Sequence record: DRR723986_4861
Reading direction: 5' to 3' (one strand)
DNA: 32,651 nucleotides
Every line of letters begins with the position of its first letter. The stretch's first letter is position 1. Below the pieces are notes generated by a model. That model saw nothing but the letters and a program-made list of their open reading frames with translations, searched no databases and was not told where the DNA came from. A program made the position numbers and the translations under genes. Of the stretch, positions 1-9,880 are shown piece by piece.

Positions 1-964
1 GTGTAGATTTCGCTGTCGCCAAATTGGTAAAATTGATGCAGGCAATTAACAGAATAAGACCTGCAATAACGGTAAAGATCATCACGGTTTGACGGTCACC
101 AACGGGCTTCATTTCCCGCCCACCCGGGCTACCCAGTTGAAGCTCGGTCAATGGCATGGTGCTGTAGGTCACAAAATCTGACGGCTTTGTGTCGTCAGAG
201 AAGGCGCCGGGGGCGATTATCACCGCATCGGCAAAACTGTTGAGCTGAGCATTGATTTTCGCAATATCTGCTGTTGGCTTTAAGGTAAAATACACCCAGT
301 TGTTCAGGGAAAACCATTCTGAAAATAACGCAGGTTGATGAGTGAAGTCTTGCTCATCAATCATCGTTAATGCCTCAAAGGAAAGCACCGTATTATGAGG
401 CAGGTCTTTGAATACAGCGGCTACTCTATAGTCTCGCACCACGCCCATAGTGGTCATGGTCAGAACTTTTCCAATCGCTTCATCGTTACCGAAATACTTT
501 TGGGCAAAACTCTCGTTCAAAGCGATGCTACTGGTGTCACTTAAAGCGACCGACAAATTGCCTGCGACAACATCCAAATCAAATATGTTGGCCGTCTCAG
601 GGTCGGTCCAGTGAACCCGTTCATAAAAAACTTTGTTTTGATACTTAACGACGGGCTGCATCTGCGCAAACCGGGTGGTATGCTCAATCTCCTCAGGGAA
701 ATAGCCCTTCAAGGCTTCTTTCGTTGGGCCTTGTGCACTCACAGTCACAAACGGTTGGCGCCCCGGCACGTTAAAAGTTGTATGCAAACGGTATATAGAA
801 TCGGACTTTGTCCAAAACTGATCGAATGAAAATTCGTCACGAACGAACAGCATGATGAGAATGCAAGCTGCAAGGCCGATGGCAAGCCCTACAATATTAA
901 TAAGTCCATAAATTTTATTAGCCAGAACAGATCGAATAGCGACCTGTAGGTAGTTTGCAAACAT
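1..964 (-). CDS. ABC transporter permease, MacB/FtsX family (N-terminal part; truncated by window edge)
   Basis: Absent from the ORF track because it runs off the edge. Reads MFANYLQVAIRSVLANKIYGLINIVGLAIGLAACILIMLFVRDEFSFDQFW..., paralogous to the N-termini of the two adjacent permeases. CAGGAG RBS lies 6 nt before ATG 964 (alternative ATG 967). Confidence 0.9.
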   Translation of the reverse strand, partial: MFANYLQVAIRSVLANKIYGLINIVGLAIGLAACILIMLFVRDEFSFDQFWTKSDSIYRLHTTFNVPGRQPFVTVSAQGPTKEALKGYFPEEIEHTTRFAQMQPVVKYQNKVFYERVHWTDPETANIFDLDVVAGNLSVALSDTSSIALNESFAQKYFGNDEAIGKVLTMTTMGVVRDYRVAAVFKDLPHNTVLSFEALTMIDEQDFTHQPALFSEWFSLNNWVYFTLKPTADIAKINAQLNSFADAVIIAPGAFSDDTKPSDFVTYSTMPLTELQLGSPGGREMKPVGDRQTVMIFTVIAGLILLIACINFTNLATAKST

Positions 965-1009
965 CATATGCTCCTGCTGTGGGCTTTTATTCCTTCATTT
1001 TTATTGCTT

Positions 1010-3475
1010 TTACTCATATCGAAGCGCTTCAACGGGTGCCGTACGCGCGGCCTTAAAGGCATGGCCGGCAACGGTTAACAGCGCAATCGTTAGGGCAAAC
1101 AGGCCTGCCAGCACAAACCAAAGCGGATTTGGCACAACCCGGTAGACAAAATTCTCCAGCCAGGCAGACATGGCAAAAAACGCAACCGGCCAGGCAACAA
1201 GCATGGCCAGAAAAACCGGCTTGGAAAACTGCCAGACAAACAGCTGTAAAATGTCTTGCACCCGCGCACCCAAAACCTTGCGGATGCTAATTTCACGCCG
1301 TCTTGATTGCGCACTGTAGGCAGCAAGACCGTATTGCCCGAAAATGGCTATTAGAATGCCTAAGCCTGCCAAAACGGTCACCGTTTTCAGCTCTTGTGCT
1401 TCACTGTCATATTGCTCGGCCAATGCTGACGAAAGGAAGTCGCTGCTGAGGGGCTGGTTTGGCATTACCTGATTCCAGCCCTGTTCAATTGATTGCAATC
1501 CAATCTCGCGCTGGTTGGGGTCGAGGCGCACCAAAATCACACTGAAAATGGCAGGGTCAGGATAATAAACCATTGGCTGAATCGCATTTTTTAATGACTT
1601 AAAGTGGATGTTTTTCACAACACCAACAATTTCGGCAATGCGGTCATCTTGCTGAGAAACAGTAAACTGTATTTGCTGCCCAATGGCATCATCGGCCTCG
1701 GAAAACCCAAGAGATGCCACGGCGCGCTCATTGATGATGATCGGCAATGCCAGTGAACCACGGGTTTCCAATTCCCATTGGCCACGATCAACACCGTAAT
1801 CTTCACTGAACAACCGACCCGCAACAGGCTTCATGTCCAAAAGATTAAAAAAGTTGAGGCCAACCGAAATTCGGCCCATTGTCTGAGCTGATTCAGGCGC
1901 TTCTGATGGTCGGCGAATGGATACCTCTGGCACATAGTCCCATGCTGGTGTGGAGTTGGAAGCTGACACGGCAACAATACCCGGTAACCCCCCAATTGAT
2001 TGCTCTAGGCCGCGTGTTATCGCAATCGTTCGGGCAGGGCCTCGACCAACGCCGTACAACATTTGCACATTTTCCGCATTGTACCCAAGGTCTGCGGTAC
2101 GGGCATAACGGAGTTGGCTCCAGATAACAGCCGCACCGATGGCAAGCATAATGGATATGCTAAACTGAAACACAACCAGCGCAGAACGCATGCGAGCGTT
2201 GCCTTTGGCACCGCGGCTGTTGCTGGCAAGAAGCCGACCCGGCATAACAGCACTGACTATAATCGCCGGGTATAGACCCGCAGAGCCAATCACCAATACA
2301 ATTAGAGCGGCCATCCAAAGCAAAAAGCTTGGAGAGGTAAGGGCGGATAAATCTAACTGAGTTTGCAACAAGTCGCTGGCATAACTGCTGCTGAGTTCAA
2401 CAATAGTCACGGCGAGCACAAGCGCCACAAACGCCAACACACTGGCTTCCAGTAAAAACTGAATAATCAATTGCTTGCGGCCTGCGCCGTGTATTCTCCG
2501 CAGGGCTACTTCCCTTGCGCGTTCAATAGACCTGATTGTTGACAGGTTAATATGGTTGATACAGGCAATAACAACAATCAACACCGCAATGGCGCTAAAC
2601 ACAGCAAGCTTAAGCTTGTCCGCAGGCGGCTTAATGCCCCAGTTATACGTGCGGTCATTAAGATGCAGATCCGTTAACCGTTGGAGGGATATTGTAACAA
2701 TATCTTCCGCGCGGGTTTCCGGCGCAAGGCGACCGTCCAGCTGCAAGTTCTGGTACAGGGTATTTTCCACCAATTGCTCAACGGCAGCTACATCAGCACC
2801 GGGTTCAAGCAGCAGGTAAGTGAAAACATTCAAACTGCGCCAGTTGTCATCCAGAGAAATGCCGCGGTTTAATATGGCAGCCGCCTTAATCGGAATGATG
2901 ACATCGGCCTCCATGTGACTGGCCGTTGGGAAATTCCGGTAAACGCCGGTTACAACCATTGCATTTTGGTCAAGCTCAAAAGTTTGACCCACAGCAATTT
3001 GGTCGCCGTACAAGCGGGTAGCCATGGCCTCTGAAATTAAAACACTGCTGGTGTCGTCGCCGAAGGTGGCCGACGTGCCTGACACCATGGGCAAGTCGAT
3101 CATCTCAACCCATGCGGATTCAACACCGATGACCTGCAGGTTGAAATTAAAGCGGTCGTCTATTCTGATCGACGACCATTGCCGCCAAAGGCGGGCAGTA
3201 TCTTCAAGACCCGGAACGACGCCTCTAAGGGCTTCAGACAGGGCACCCGGCACGGTTGCAACAACAGACTCGGTTCGACCGGGAACGGTGATTTTTGAAT
3301 CAATCAGGAAAATACGGTCGCTGCGCGGAATATGGTTGTCATAGTGGGTTTCCTGCCACGTATACAATAGCGCCGTAATGGCAACCGCCAAGCCGATAGC
3401 AAGCCCAAGAACAGCCATAAAGCCATATAATCCCTGGCGCTTTAAAACCCGCATTCCAATAATTAATTGCGACAT
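1010..3475 (-). CDS. ABC transporter permease, duplicated MacB_PCD+FtsX architecture (821 aa)
   Basis: N-terminal TM 'GLAIGLAV', two FtsX-type motifs (RAREVALRRIHGA, RRREISIRKVLGA), C-terminal 'PVEALRYE', AGGAG RBS. Confidence 0.93.
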   Translation of the reverse strand: MSQLIIGMRVLKRQGLYGFMAVLGLAIGLAVAITALLYTWQETHYDNHIPRSDRIFLIDSKITVPGRTESVVATVPGALSEALRGVVPGLEDTARLWRQWSSIRIDDRFNFNLQVIGVESAWVEMIDLPMVSGTSATFGDDTSSVLISEAMATRLYGDQIAVGQTFELDQNAMVVTGVYRNFPTASHMEADVIIPIKAAAILNRGISLDDNWRSLNVFTYLLLEPGADVAAVEQLVENTLYQNLQLDGRLAPETRAEDIVTISLQRLTDLHLNDRTYNWGIKPPADKLKLAVFSAIAVLIVVIACINHINLSTIRSIERAREVALRRIHGAGRKQLIIQFLLEASVLAFVALVLAVTIVELSSSYASDLLQTQLDLSALTSPSFLLWMAALIVLVIGSAGLYPAIIVSAVMPGRLLASNSRGAKGNARMRSALVVFQFSISIMLAIGAAVIWSQLRYARTADLGYNAENVQMLYGVGRGPARTIAITRGLEQSIGGLPGIVAVSASNSTPAWDYVPEVSIRRPSEAPESAQTMGRISVGLNFFNLLDMKPVAGRLFSEDYGVDRGQWELETRGSLALPIIINERAVASLGFSEADDAIGQQIQFTVSQQDDRIAEIVGVVKNIHFKSLKNAIQPMVYYPDPAIFSVILVRLDPNQREIGLQSIEQGWNQVMPNQPLSSDFLSSALAEQYDSEAQELKTVTVLAGLGILIAIFGQYGLAAYSAQSRRREISIRKVLGARVQDILQLFVWQFSKPVFLAMLVAWPVAFFAMSAWLENFVYRVVPNPLWFVLAGLFALTIALLTVAGHAFKAARTAPVEALRYE

Positions 3476-3523
3476 GATTTACTCCTGAATGCCTATATTT
3501 TTTTACTTTTGAGCCCCATATTT

Positions 3524-5944
3524 TTACTCGTAACGAAGGGCATTTATCGGGTTTGAACGCGCCACAGAAGCGGCGTGCATAGCAACAATACCCCACGCGG
3601 CAACCACACCGATCATGCCCGCAATGGCAACAATGCCCGCGGGCAGGCTGATGCGGTCCGAGAAGAAGTCGAGGTATAAGTTCATGCTGAAATAAGCGAG
3701 AGGCAGCGCAATGAGCAGCGCCCAAATCACCGGCTTGGAAAACTGCCAAATCAACAATCGCACCACTTGCGGTACACTGGCACCCATAATTTTACGGATG
3801 CCAATTTCCTTCGTGCGTTGTTCTGCCATAAAGGCGGCCAAACCAAACAAGCCGATCAGTGCAAGCGACAAAGCAAGCGCAGCAAAGGCGGCGAGCGCAA
3901 TATTAATTGATCGGTATATTGTATAAACATCTTCAAACTTTTCATTGAGAAACCTGGTTTGCATTGGGTAATTGGGAATAACCCGGTCCCAAGTTTCTTC
4001 AATATCCAACAAAGTTTGCTGCACATTCACCGGATTAAAGCGAACCGCGCCAAAAGGCTGACCAGTTTGAACCCGAAAAGTGAACGGCTTAATCTTGTTG
4101 TGGAAACCAAGAAAGTTCTGGTTTTCTACAACACCAACAATTGTGTACTGAATGGTGTCTTCTTCTAGAGCCTGATAAAATGACTGGCCAATAGCCAAAT
4201 CCGGCGATCCGAAGCCAAGTTGGTCAACTGCCAATTCATTAACAAGAACATTATAGTGCGTTGACCGTTCAACCGGCCCGTCCAGGGCTATTTCACGTGA
4301 AACATTACGCCCGGCAACAAGAGCCACATCCAGGGTTGATAAAAAGTCATAATCAATCCTGAGTCTATTCATGGCAAAGCCGGTGGCTTCATCCGCCGGG
4401 TTTATGCGCGCTTCAAACGAGCTGTTGCTTTGCTCGAAAGGCACCTGCGACATAAAGGAAACGCTTTGCACATTCTCAAGGCGTACCAGCTCATTACGCA
4501 ATGTTTCGGTTTGCTGAGCAATCTCATCCACATCCAGACGTTCCAAAACCAATATCTGGTCTGTAGGAAACAGGTTAATTGTTTGTCGTACTTTTTGGTT
4601 TTGGAAATACATCACCATCACCGTTGCCAACATAAAAATGGCGATGACGAACTGAAGACCTATCATGAAAGCACGCACTATAGAAGTGCGCGCACCTGCG
4701 CTGTTGCCGTCTTTGAGGCTATCAATGGGTGTTGTTCGCGTGATCAGGTAAGCTGGATATCCGCCCGAAACCAAACCAACGGCAAGCGTGGTCAATATAA
4801 GCCACGGCATGATGGCAAAATGATTAAGTGTAACCACTTTGTCCGACACTTGATTAAAGTAGGGAACAATTACCTCAAGAATAGCAAGCGCAATTAACAA
4901 GGCAATTGTGGCAACGATCAAGCTTTCGGTTAGAAATTGAATTAACAGTTGCTTGCGCCCTGCGCCCAATGTGCGCCGTAGGCCCACTTCACGGGCCCGG
5001 CCCATATTTTGCGCTGTGGCAAGGTTGGTATAATTCACGCAGGCCACCACCAAAACCAAAACAGCCAGAATTGCAATGCTGTCGATCACAGGCATGCCAA
5101 TCGCTTGCCAGAAGGCTGTGTTGGTCTCGCTAAGCGGCCCCAGCATGACTTCAACAATAAATTCTTTCTGGTCTTCGGGAAAATGCTGTTCGTAGGTTGT
5201 CTGCAAGCTTGTTTTAAGCGCCTCAACGTCATGGTCCACTGGCGCCATCAGATATGTGCGGTTACCAAGTGAAATGTTGCCCCAGTCCTCAGCCGGGTCA
5301 TAGCCGGTAAACTGTTTAATAGCATTCATGGGCGCCAGAACTGCCATGTCTTCTTCGCCCAACAGGGACGAATTGAAATGGGTGTTTGCTGGTAGGTCTT
5401 CTATAATTGCCGCTATGGTTAAGCTGTTGCTTTGGTCCAGCACAATATTTTGCCCGGCAACATCTGTACGGCCGAAAAACTTCATGGCGGTTGACCGGGT
5501 TAAAATGACAGAGGAGGCGCTATCGAGAGCGGTGCTATCACCAACGATATAATCCAGATCAAAAATCTTGGTAAAATCAGGATCGGCAAAGCGAATTTCC
5601 TGATAATAATCATCCTCACCGATGGATATCAAAAACTCCTGGCGCTTAACACGCGCCATAGCCTCCAGTTGCGGCATGCCGGTTTTTAGAAACTCCCCAA
5701 AAGCGGCATATGTGGTGTCAGCTTGAAGTATACCTATGTTGGCTGATGGATCGAACCGGGAGTTTACTGTGTAAATTCTATCTACATTGGCAAAGCTTCT
5801 GTCATGGCTTCGCTCGTAATCAACTAGCACAAACCCAAACACATAAACGGTCAGGCCGAGAGCCAAACCAACAATGTTAATCAGCGCGTAAAGCCGGTTT
5901 TTCAGTATATTTCTAAGCGCAATTGTGACGTAATTTTTAAACAT
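3524..5944 (-). CDS. ABC transporter permease, duplicated MacB_PCD+FtsX architecture (806 aa)
   Basis: MFKNYVTIALRN start, RAREVGLRRTLGA and RTKEIGIRKIMGA motifs, C-terminal 'NPINALRYE'. Confidence 0.94.
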   Translation of the reverse strand: MFKNYVTIALRNILKNRLYALINIVGLALGLTVYVFGFVLVDYERSHDRSFANVDRIYTVNSRFDPSANIGILQADTTYAAFGEFLKTGMPQLEAMARVKRQEFLISIGEDDYYQEIRFADPDFTKIFDLDYIVGDSTALDSASSVILTRSTAMKFFGRTDVAGQNIVLDQSNSLTIAAIIEDLPANTHFNSSLLGEEDMAVLAPMNAIKQFTGYDPAEDWGNISLGNRTYLMAPVDHDVEALKTSLQTTYEQHFPEDQKEFIVEVMLGPLSETNTAFWQAIGMPVIDSIAILAVLVLVVACVNYTNLATAQNMGRAREVGLRRTLGAGRKQLLIQFLTESLIVATIALLIALAILEVIVPYFNQVSDKVVTLNHFAIMPWLILTTLAVGLVSGGYPAYLITRTTPIDSLKDGNSAGARTSIVRAFMIGLQFVIAIFMLATVMVMYFQNQKVRQTINLFPTDQILVLERLDVDEIAQQTETLRNELVRLENVQSVSFMSQVPFEQSNSSFEARINPADEATGFAMNRLRIDYDFLSTLDVALVAGRNVSREIALDGPVERSTHYNVLVNELAVDQLGFGSPDLAIGQSFYQALEEDTIQYTIVGVVENQNFLGFHNKIKPFTFRVQTGQPFGAVRFNPVNVQQTLLDIEETWDRVIPNYPMQTRFLNEKFEDVYTIYRSINIALAAFAALALSLALIGLFGLAAFMAEQRTKEIGIRKIMGASVPQVVRLLIWQFSKPVIWALLIALPLAYFSMNLYLDFFSDRISLPAGIVAIAGMIGVVAAWGIVAMHAASVARSNPINALRYE

Positions 5945-6034
5945 CTTCGCATCCTCTTGCTCTATTATTTTTTTATTGAGCGATCGTGCTGTCGTGCCCG
6001 GCTTTAGTGCCGGGTTCTTATCTCTCTTGGTTTT

Positions 6035-6718
6035 CTATACCGCTGCCCTCAAGTCTTCAGTGACAACATGGCCATCAAACAAGTTAATGGTTCGGCGGGC
6101 ATAATCAGCGTGCGCCGGACTGTGCGTTACCATAACAATCGTGGTGCCTTCCGCGTTCAGGGACTGAAGCATTTCCATCACTTCCTGGCCGTGGGCACTA
6201 TCAAGGTTACCAGTTGGCTCATCGGCCAAAATCATTGCCTGGTCGCCCACAACGGCGCGGGCAACGGCAACCCTTTGTTGCTGGCCACCAGAAAGCTGGC
6301 TCGGCATATGTTTGGCTCGGTGTGCAATACCAACCTTGTCCATAACCTTGGCAACCCGCTCGCGGCGTTCACTTGCTGGAATGTTATGGTACAGCAGCGC
6401 CAATTCGATATTTTCTTCAACCGTTAATTCGTCAATCAGGTTAAACGACTGAAAAATGAAACCAATATTTTGCTTCCGAATATTAGACAGTTTCGATTCA
6501 GGGTATCCGGCAACATTTTCACCCATGAAAATATAGTCACCGTCTGACGGGCTATCGAGCATACCAACAATGTTAAGCAGCGTTGACTTACCGCAGCCTG
6601 AAGGGCCCATGATCGCGACAAACTCGCCGCTTTCAATTTCAATGTTCACATTATCTAGCGCCACGGTTTCAACCTCGTCGGTGCGGTAGAACTTGGAGAG
6701 ATTGTGCAACTTAAGCAT
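6035..6718 (-). CDS. ABC transporter ATP-binding protein (MacB/LolD-like)
   Basis: Walker A GPSGCGKS, signature LSGGQQQR, Walker [13 protein letters not shown]-loop VTH. Start moved from 6745 to ATG 6718 (MLKLHNL), which follows an AAGGA RBS. Confidence 0.95.
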   Translation of the reverse strand: MLKLHNLSKFYRTDEVETVALDNVNIEIESGEFVAIMGPSGCGKSTLLNIVGMLDSPSDGDYIFMGENVAGYPESKLSNIRKQNIGFIFQSFNLIDELTVEENIELALLYHNIPASERRERVAKVMDKVGIAHRAKHMPSQLSGGQQQRVAVARAVVGDQAMILADEPTGNLDSAHGQEVMEMLQSLNAEGTTIVMVTHSPAHADYARRTINLFDGHVVTEDLRAAV

Positions 6719-6842
6719 GCCGCATTCCTTTCTTTCTTTTTTCATTTTGCCTTAGGCCTGTTTGCCAAAAGGCTTTCCTCTTATCGTGTCTCGGGTTGTC
6801 CAAATCAGGGCTATCCTGCCCGCTTTTTTCTTAACTTTCGCG

Positions 6843-8210
6843 TCACTCGTCAGCCGACAAACGCAAACGGTCCATTTCTACAAAGCTACTGTATGGCGAC
6901 GTGACAACACGCTCACCAACTTCCAGCCCATCAAGCACTTCGATAAAGCGGGAATTGCGCCGCCCTAGGCGCACTGTGCGCTTTACAGCCTGCGAACCAT
7001 CGTCGGTAACAACAAACACCCAGTTTCCGCCGGTGTCTTGGTAAAATGCACCGTTAGGAATAAGCGCCGCAGACGTAGCATCACCCAAAGTCAGTTTGGT
7101 TTGCAGGGTTTGACCACGACGAATGTCATCAGGCTGCTGGTCGGCAAACACAAGGTCTACTTCAAACTGGCCATTGGTCACTTGTGGGTAAATTTTCGAA
7201 ATGGTCATGCGGTAGCTGGTGCCGCCGCGCTCAAACACCGCCTCCTGGCCAATGTCTACACGCCCTAAATAAAACTCATCAATGTTGGCTGTAAGCTTGT
7301 AATTATCCGGATCATCTATTTGACCAAGCCTGTTTCCGCGTGGAATATTCTCGCCGATTTCAACATTGAAACCAGACAGCTTACCGTCAACCGGCGCGCG
7401 CACATTTAGATTATCAAGGTTTTTTCTGGCGACCACGAGGCTATCCTCAAGTCGCACTGCGGCTTCGCGTAAAAACTTCAATTGGCTTTCCTGAAGGCGC
7501 GCATCGGTCGCTTGACTTTCAAGCGTTAATTCCCGGCGATTAATGTTATATTCCAGTTCATCTTCAGTATCTTCAAGCTGACGCATAGGAATAGCATTCG
7601 TTTTCACCAACTCACGTTCGCGCTCCACTCTGCGCGTCAAAGTTCTGATCTGATAATTAAAGTCCACCAAATTACGCTTATGAGCCAAACGGTTTTGCTC
7701 AAGCTGCAATTCCTGCGACCTCATATTATTGAGCTGCTCGGTCACCCGGGTTTCGTTGGCTGTAAAACTAACTTGCAGATTGCTGTTGGAAAGCTCAACA
7801 ATCAGGTCACCCTTCTTGAGCATAGCGCCGTCCTCAACCAGAATGCGTTCCACCCGGCCGCCTTCAATTGCATCAAGAAACAGCGTTTTCAACGGTGTCA
7901 CCCGACCACGCACCGGAATAAAGTCTTCAAATGTGCCTTCGCTCACCGTCGAAATCACGATGCGGCTTTCATTCACTCTGAACGTGCGCCCACCGGCAGC
8001 GTCATCTACCAGCATCCAAATTACCGCAGCAACAGCCAGTACAGCCACGACAATACCCGCGGTTTTCCAATGGTTCTTTTTCTTTGCTACTTTTCTATCC
8101 ATGCCTGCGCCAGATGCAGCCCTGTCGCTCATAGACTTATTATTTGCAGACGTTTTACCGCCGTGCATGGGAATAGCATTTCCAGATGTTTGTTTCTTTT
8201 CCATTGTCAC
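6843..8210 (-). CDS. Efflux periplasmic adaptor (membrane fusion protein, HlyD/MacA family)
   Basis: Single N-terminal TM, lipoyl-like segments (GGRVERILVEDG, VRAPVDG), long coiled coil, C-terminal EVLDGLEVGERVV. Exact start uncertain (several in-frame starts). Confidence 0.9.
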   Translation of the reverse strand: MTMEKKQTSGNAIPMHGGKTSANNKSMSDRAASGAGMDRKVAKKKNHWKTAGIVVAVLAVAAVIWMLVDDAAGGRTFRVNESRIVISTVSEGTFEDFIPVRGRVTPLKTLFLDAIEGGRVERILVEDGAMLKKGDLIVELSNSNLQVSFTANETRVTEQLNNMRSQELQLEQNRLAHKRNLVDFNYQIRTLTRRVERERELVKTNAIPMRQLEDTEDELEYNINRRELTLESQATDARLQESQLKFLREAAVRLEDSLVVARKNLDNLNVRAPVDGKLSGFNVEIGENIPRGNRLGQIDDPDNYKLTANIDEFYLGRVDIGQEAVFERGGTSYRMTISKIYPQVTNGQFEVDLVFADQQPDDIRRGQTLQTKLTLGDATSAALIPNGAFYQDTGGNWVFVVTDDGSQAVKRTVRLGRRNSRFIEVLDGLEVGERVVTSPYSSFVEMDRLRLSADE

Positions 8211-8309
8211 TCAGTCTTCCTCTTACCAGCCTTCATTGCGCAAAACCGTGAAAATTTCTGGTTTTTCTATACCGTTTCACCGCCAGCTGTTGTTATTGCC
8301 GTTAATATC

Positions 8310-8325
8310 AGCAAGGGCTATGCCA
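8310..8325 (-). promoter_or_regulatory. Sigma-54 (-24/-12) promoter of the exporter operon
   Basis: Minus strand reads TGGCATAGCCCTTGCT, matching TGGCAY-N5-TTGCW with exact GG-N10-GC spacing. It is ~100 nt upstream of the adaptor gene and next to a sigma-54 activator gene. Confidence 0.88.
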
Positions 8326-8330
8326 ACAAC

Positions 8331-8343
8331 TAACATATTGAAT
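8331..8343 (-). promoter_or_regulatory. Putative IHF binding site
   Basis: Minus strand ATTCAATATGTTA, one mismatch to WATCAA-N4-TTR, within an AT-rich tract between the sigma-54 promoter and the putative enhancer boxes. Confidence 0.55.
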
Positions 8344-8364
8344 TATATTAATTTTCATAATAAA

Positions 8365-8425
8365 TGTTCGAAAACGAACATATTTTTCTGTACGATATTG
8401 AACACCTTGTGTACGGTTTCGAACA
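8365..8425. promoter_or_regulatory. Three tandem TGT-N10-ACA boxes, putative upstream activator sequences for the adjacent enhancer-binding protein
   Basis: TGTTCGAAAACGAACA (8365-8380, perfect 6-bp arms), TGTACGATATTGAACA (8389-8404), TGTACGGTTTCGAACA (8410-8425). Confidence 0.75.
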
Positions 8426-8452
8426 AACCCGCCTAAGCAACAAGGATGCCCC

Positions 8453-9880
8453 ATGCTTCAGCAAACTGGCTCAATTTTAATTGTAGATGATGACGAGGAT
8501 ATCCTCGTTGCGGTGAAGCTTTTGCTTAAACGCCACTTTGATACAGTGATCACCTGCAGCAATCCGGAAGATATTGCGGCGCTTATGAAAGCGCATTCAT
8601 TTGATGCAATTCTATTGGACATGAATTTTGGTCCGGGCGAGTCGTCTGGTCAGCAAGGATTTCATTGGTTGGGGCAAATTATGACAATCGACCCGCAAGC
8701 GGTTGTCATCATGATAACGGCGCACGGCGGCGTGAATGTTGCCGTTGAAGCCATGAAACAAGGTGCAACAGATTTTGTTGCCAAGCCCTGGCAAAATGAA
8801 AAGTTGGTCGCAACCCTGTCTTCAAGTGTGAAGTTGCGGCGCAGCAGAACGGAAGCCAACCGGCTAAAGAAAACCAACAAAACGCTAGCGGCAGTAGCGA
8901 GCGAGCCAAAGCAACCCATTCTTGGCAATAGCCCAGCAATTGCAGAAGTGCTGTCTATTATCGCACGAACAGCACCAACAGACGCAAACGTGCTGGTTTT
9001 GGGCGAAAACGGCACCGGGAAAGAACTGGTTGCCCGCGAGCTGCACCGACAGTCCAATCGTGCAGAGAATATATTCATGGCAGTTGATCTGGGAGCGGTA
9101 CCTGAATCGTTGTTCGAATCTGAATTATTCGGCCACAAAAAAGGCGCTTTCACTGACGCGCGGGAAGACCGGGTCGGCCGATTGCAGGCTGCCGATGGCG
9201 GCACGTTATTTCTGGACGAAATCGGCAACCTACCGCTGCATTTGCAAGCAAAGTTATTAACTGTTTTGGAGGCGCGGCAAGTGGTGCCGGTGGGATCAGG
9301 CACCCCTATCGACATTGATATTCGTGTTGTTGCGGCCACAAATGTTGATCGCAATAAGTTAAAAGACGAGTCGGTTTTTCGGCAGGATTTGCTATTTCGG
9401 CTAAACACTGTGGAGGTACACGTGCCGCCGCTGCGCGATAGACAACAGGACATCCCCGAGATTGCACGCCACTACGGTGACCTCTATTGCCGGAAATACG
9501 ACAAACCAGCCATGGATTTTTCACCAGAGGCACTTTCGGCAATAACCCACTACAATTGGCCCGGCAACGTTAGGGCGCTTCGGCACGCCATTGAACGCGC
9601 GGTTATTTTGTCTGATGGCACGGCCTTCCGGGCACAGGATTTTCAGATGGAGGGTCCTTCTAATGCCAGTTCAGCATCCGGTAGTGCCGCCCCGCCAGCA
9701 ACAGGGGAAAGCGGCGACCTTGGCACCGCAGACAGCGATGACCTTAATCTAGAACGCCTGGAAAAAAGCGCTATTGCCGGCGCGCTGAAAAAACACCGCT
9801 ACAATATCAGCCATGCCGCAAAAGAATTGGGTATAACCCGGGCAGCCCTCTACCGCAGGATGGAAAAACATGGGCTTTAA
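8453..9880 (+). CDS. Sigma-54-dependent response regulator (NtrC family: receiver, AAA+, Fis-type HTH)
   Basis: Receiver ILIVDDD...LLDMNF, Walker A GENGTGKE, ESELFGH-x2-GAFTDA, Walker B LFLDEI, WPGNVR, HTH AAKELGITRAALYRR. Confidence 0.95.
   Translation: MLQQTGSILIVDDDEDILVAVKLLLKRHFDTVITCSNPEDIAALMKAHSFDAILLDMNFGPGESSGQQGFHWLGQIMTIDPQAVVIMITAHGGVNVAVEAMKQGATDFVAKPWQNEKLVATLSSSVKLRRSRTEANRLKKTNKTLAAVASEPKQPILGNSPAIAEVLSIIARTAPTDANVLVLGENGTGKELVARELHRQSNRAENIFMAVDLGAVPESLFESELFGHKKGAFTDAREDRVGRLQAADGGTLFLDEIGNLPLHLQAKLLTVLEARQVVPVGSGTPIDIDIRVVAATNVDRNKLKDESVFRQDLLFRLNTVEVHVPPLRDRQQDIPEIARHYGDLYCRKYDKPAMDFSPEALSAITHYNWPGNVRALRHAIERAVILSDGTAFRAQDFQMEGPSNASSASGSAAPPATGESGDLGTADSDDLNLERLEKSAIAGALKKHRYNISHAAKELGITRAALYRRMEKHGL

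Noticed and set aside
5997-6014. Hairpin CCCGGC-N6-GCCGGG between the ATPase and first permease
   Set aside because: No U-tract in the transcribed direction, so not called a terminator. At most an mRNA stability element.
8187-8200. Third copy of TGTTTGTTTCTTTT
   Set aside because: Lies in the adaptor coding region, is low complexity and is probably coincidental.
8400-8414. GAAC-N7-GTAC resembling an alphaproteobacterial LexA box
   Set aside because: It is formed by the adjoining halves of two TGT-N10-ACA boxes, and no SOS genes are nearby.
7680-8436. Plus-strand ORFs of 217 and 235 aa
   Set aside because: Antisense shadows of the adaptor gene that run through its promoter, with no recognisable motifs.
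8662-9453. 263-aa minus-strand ORF
   Set aside because: Antisense shadow of the conserved AAA+ domain.
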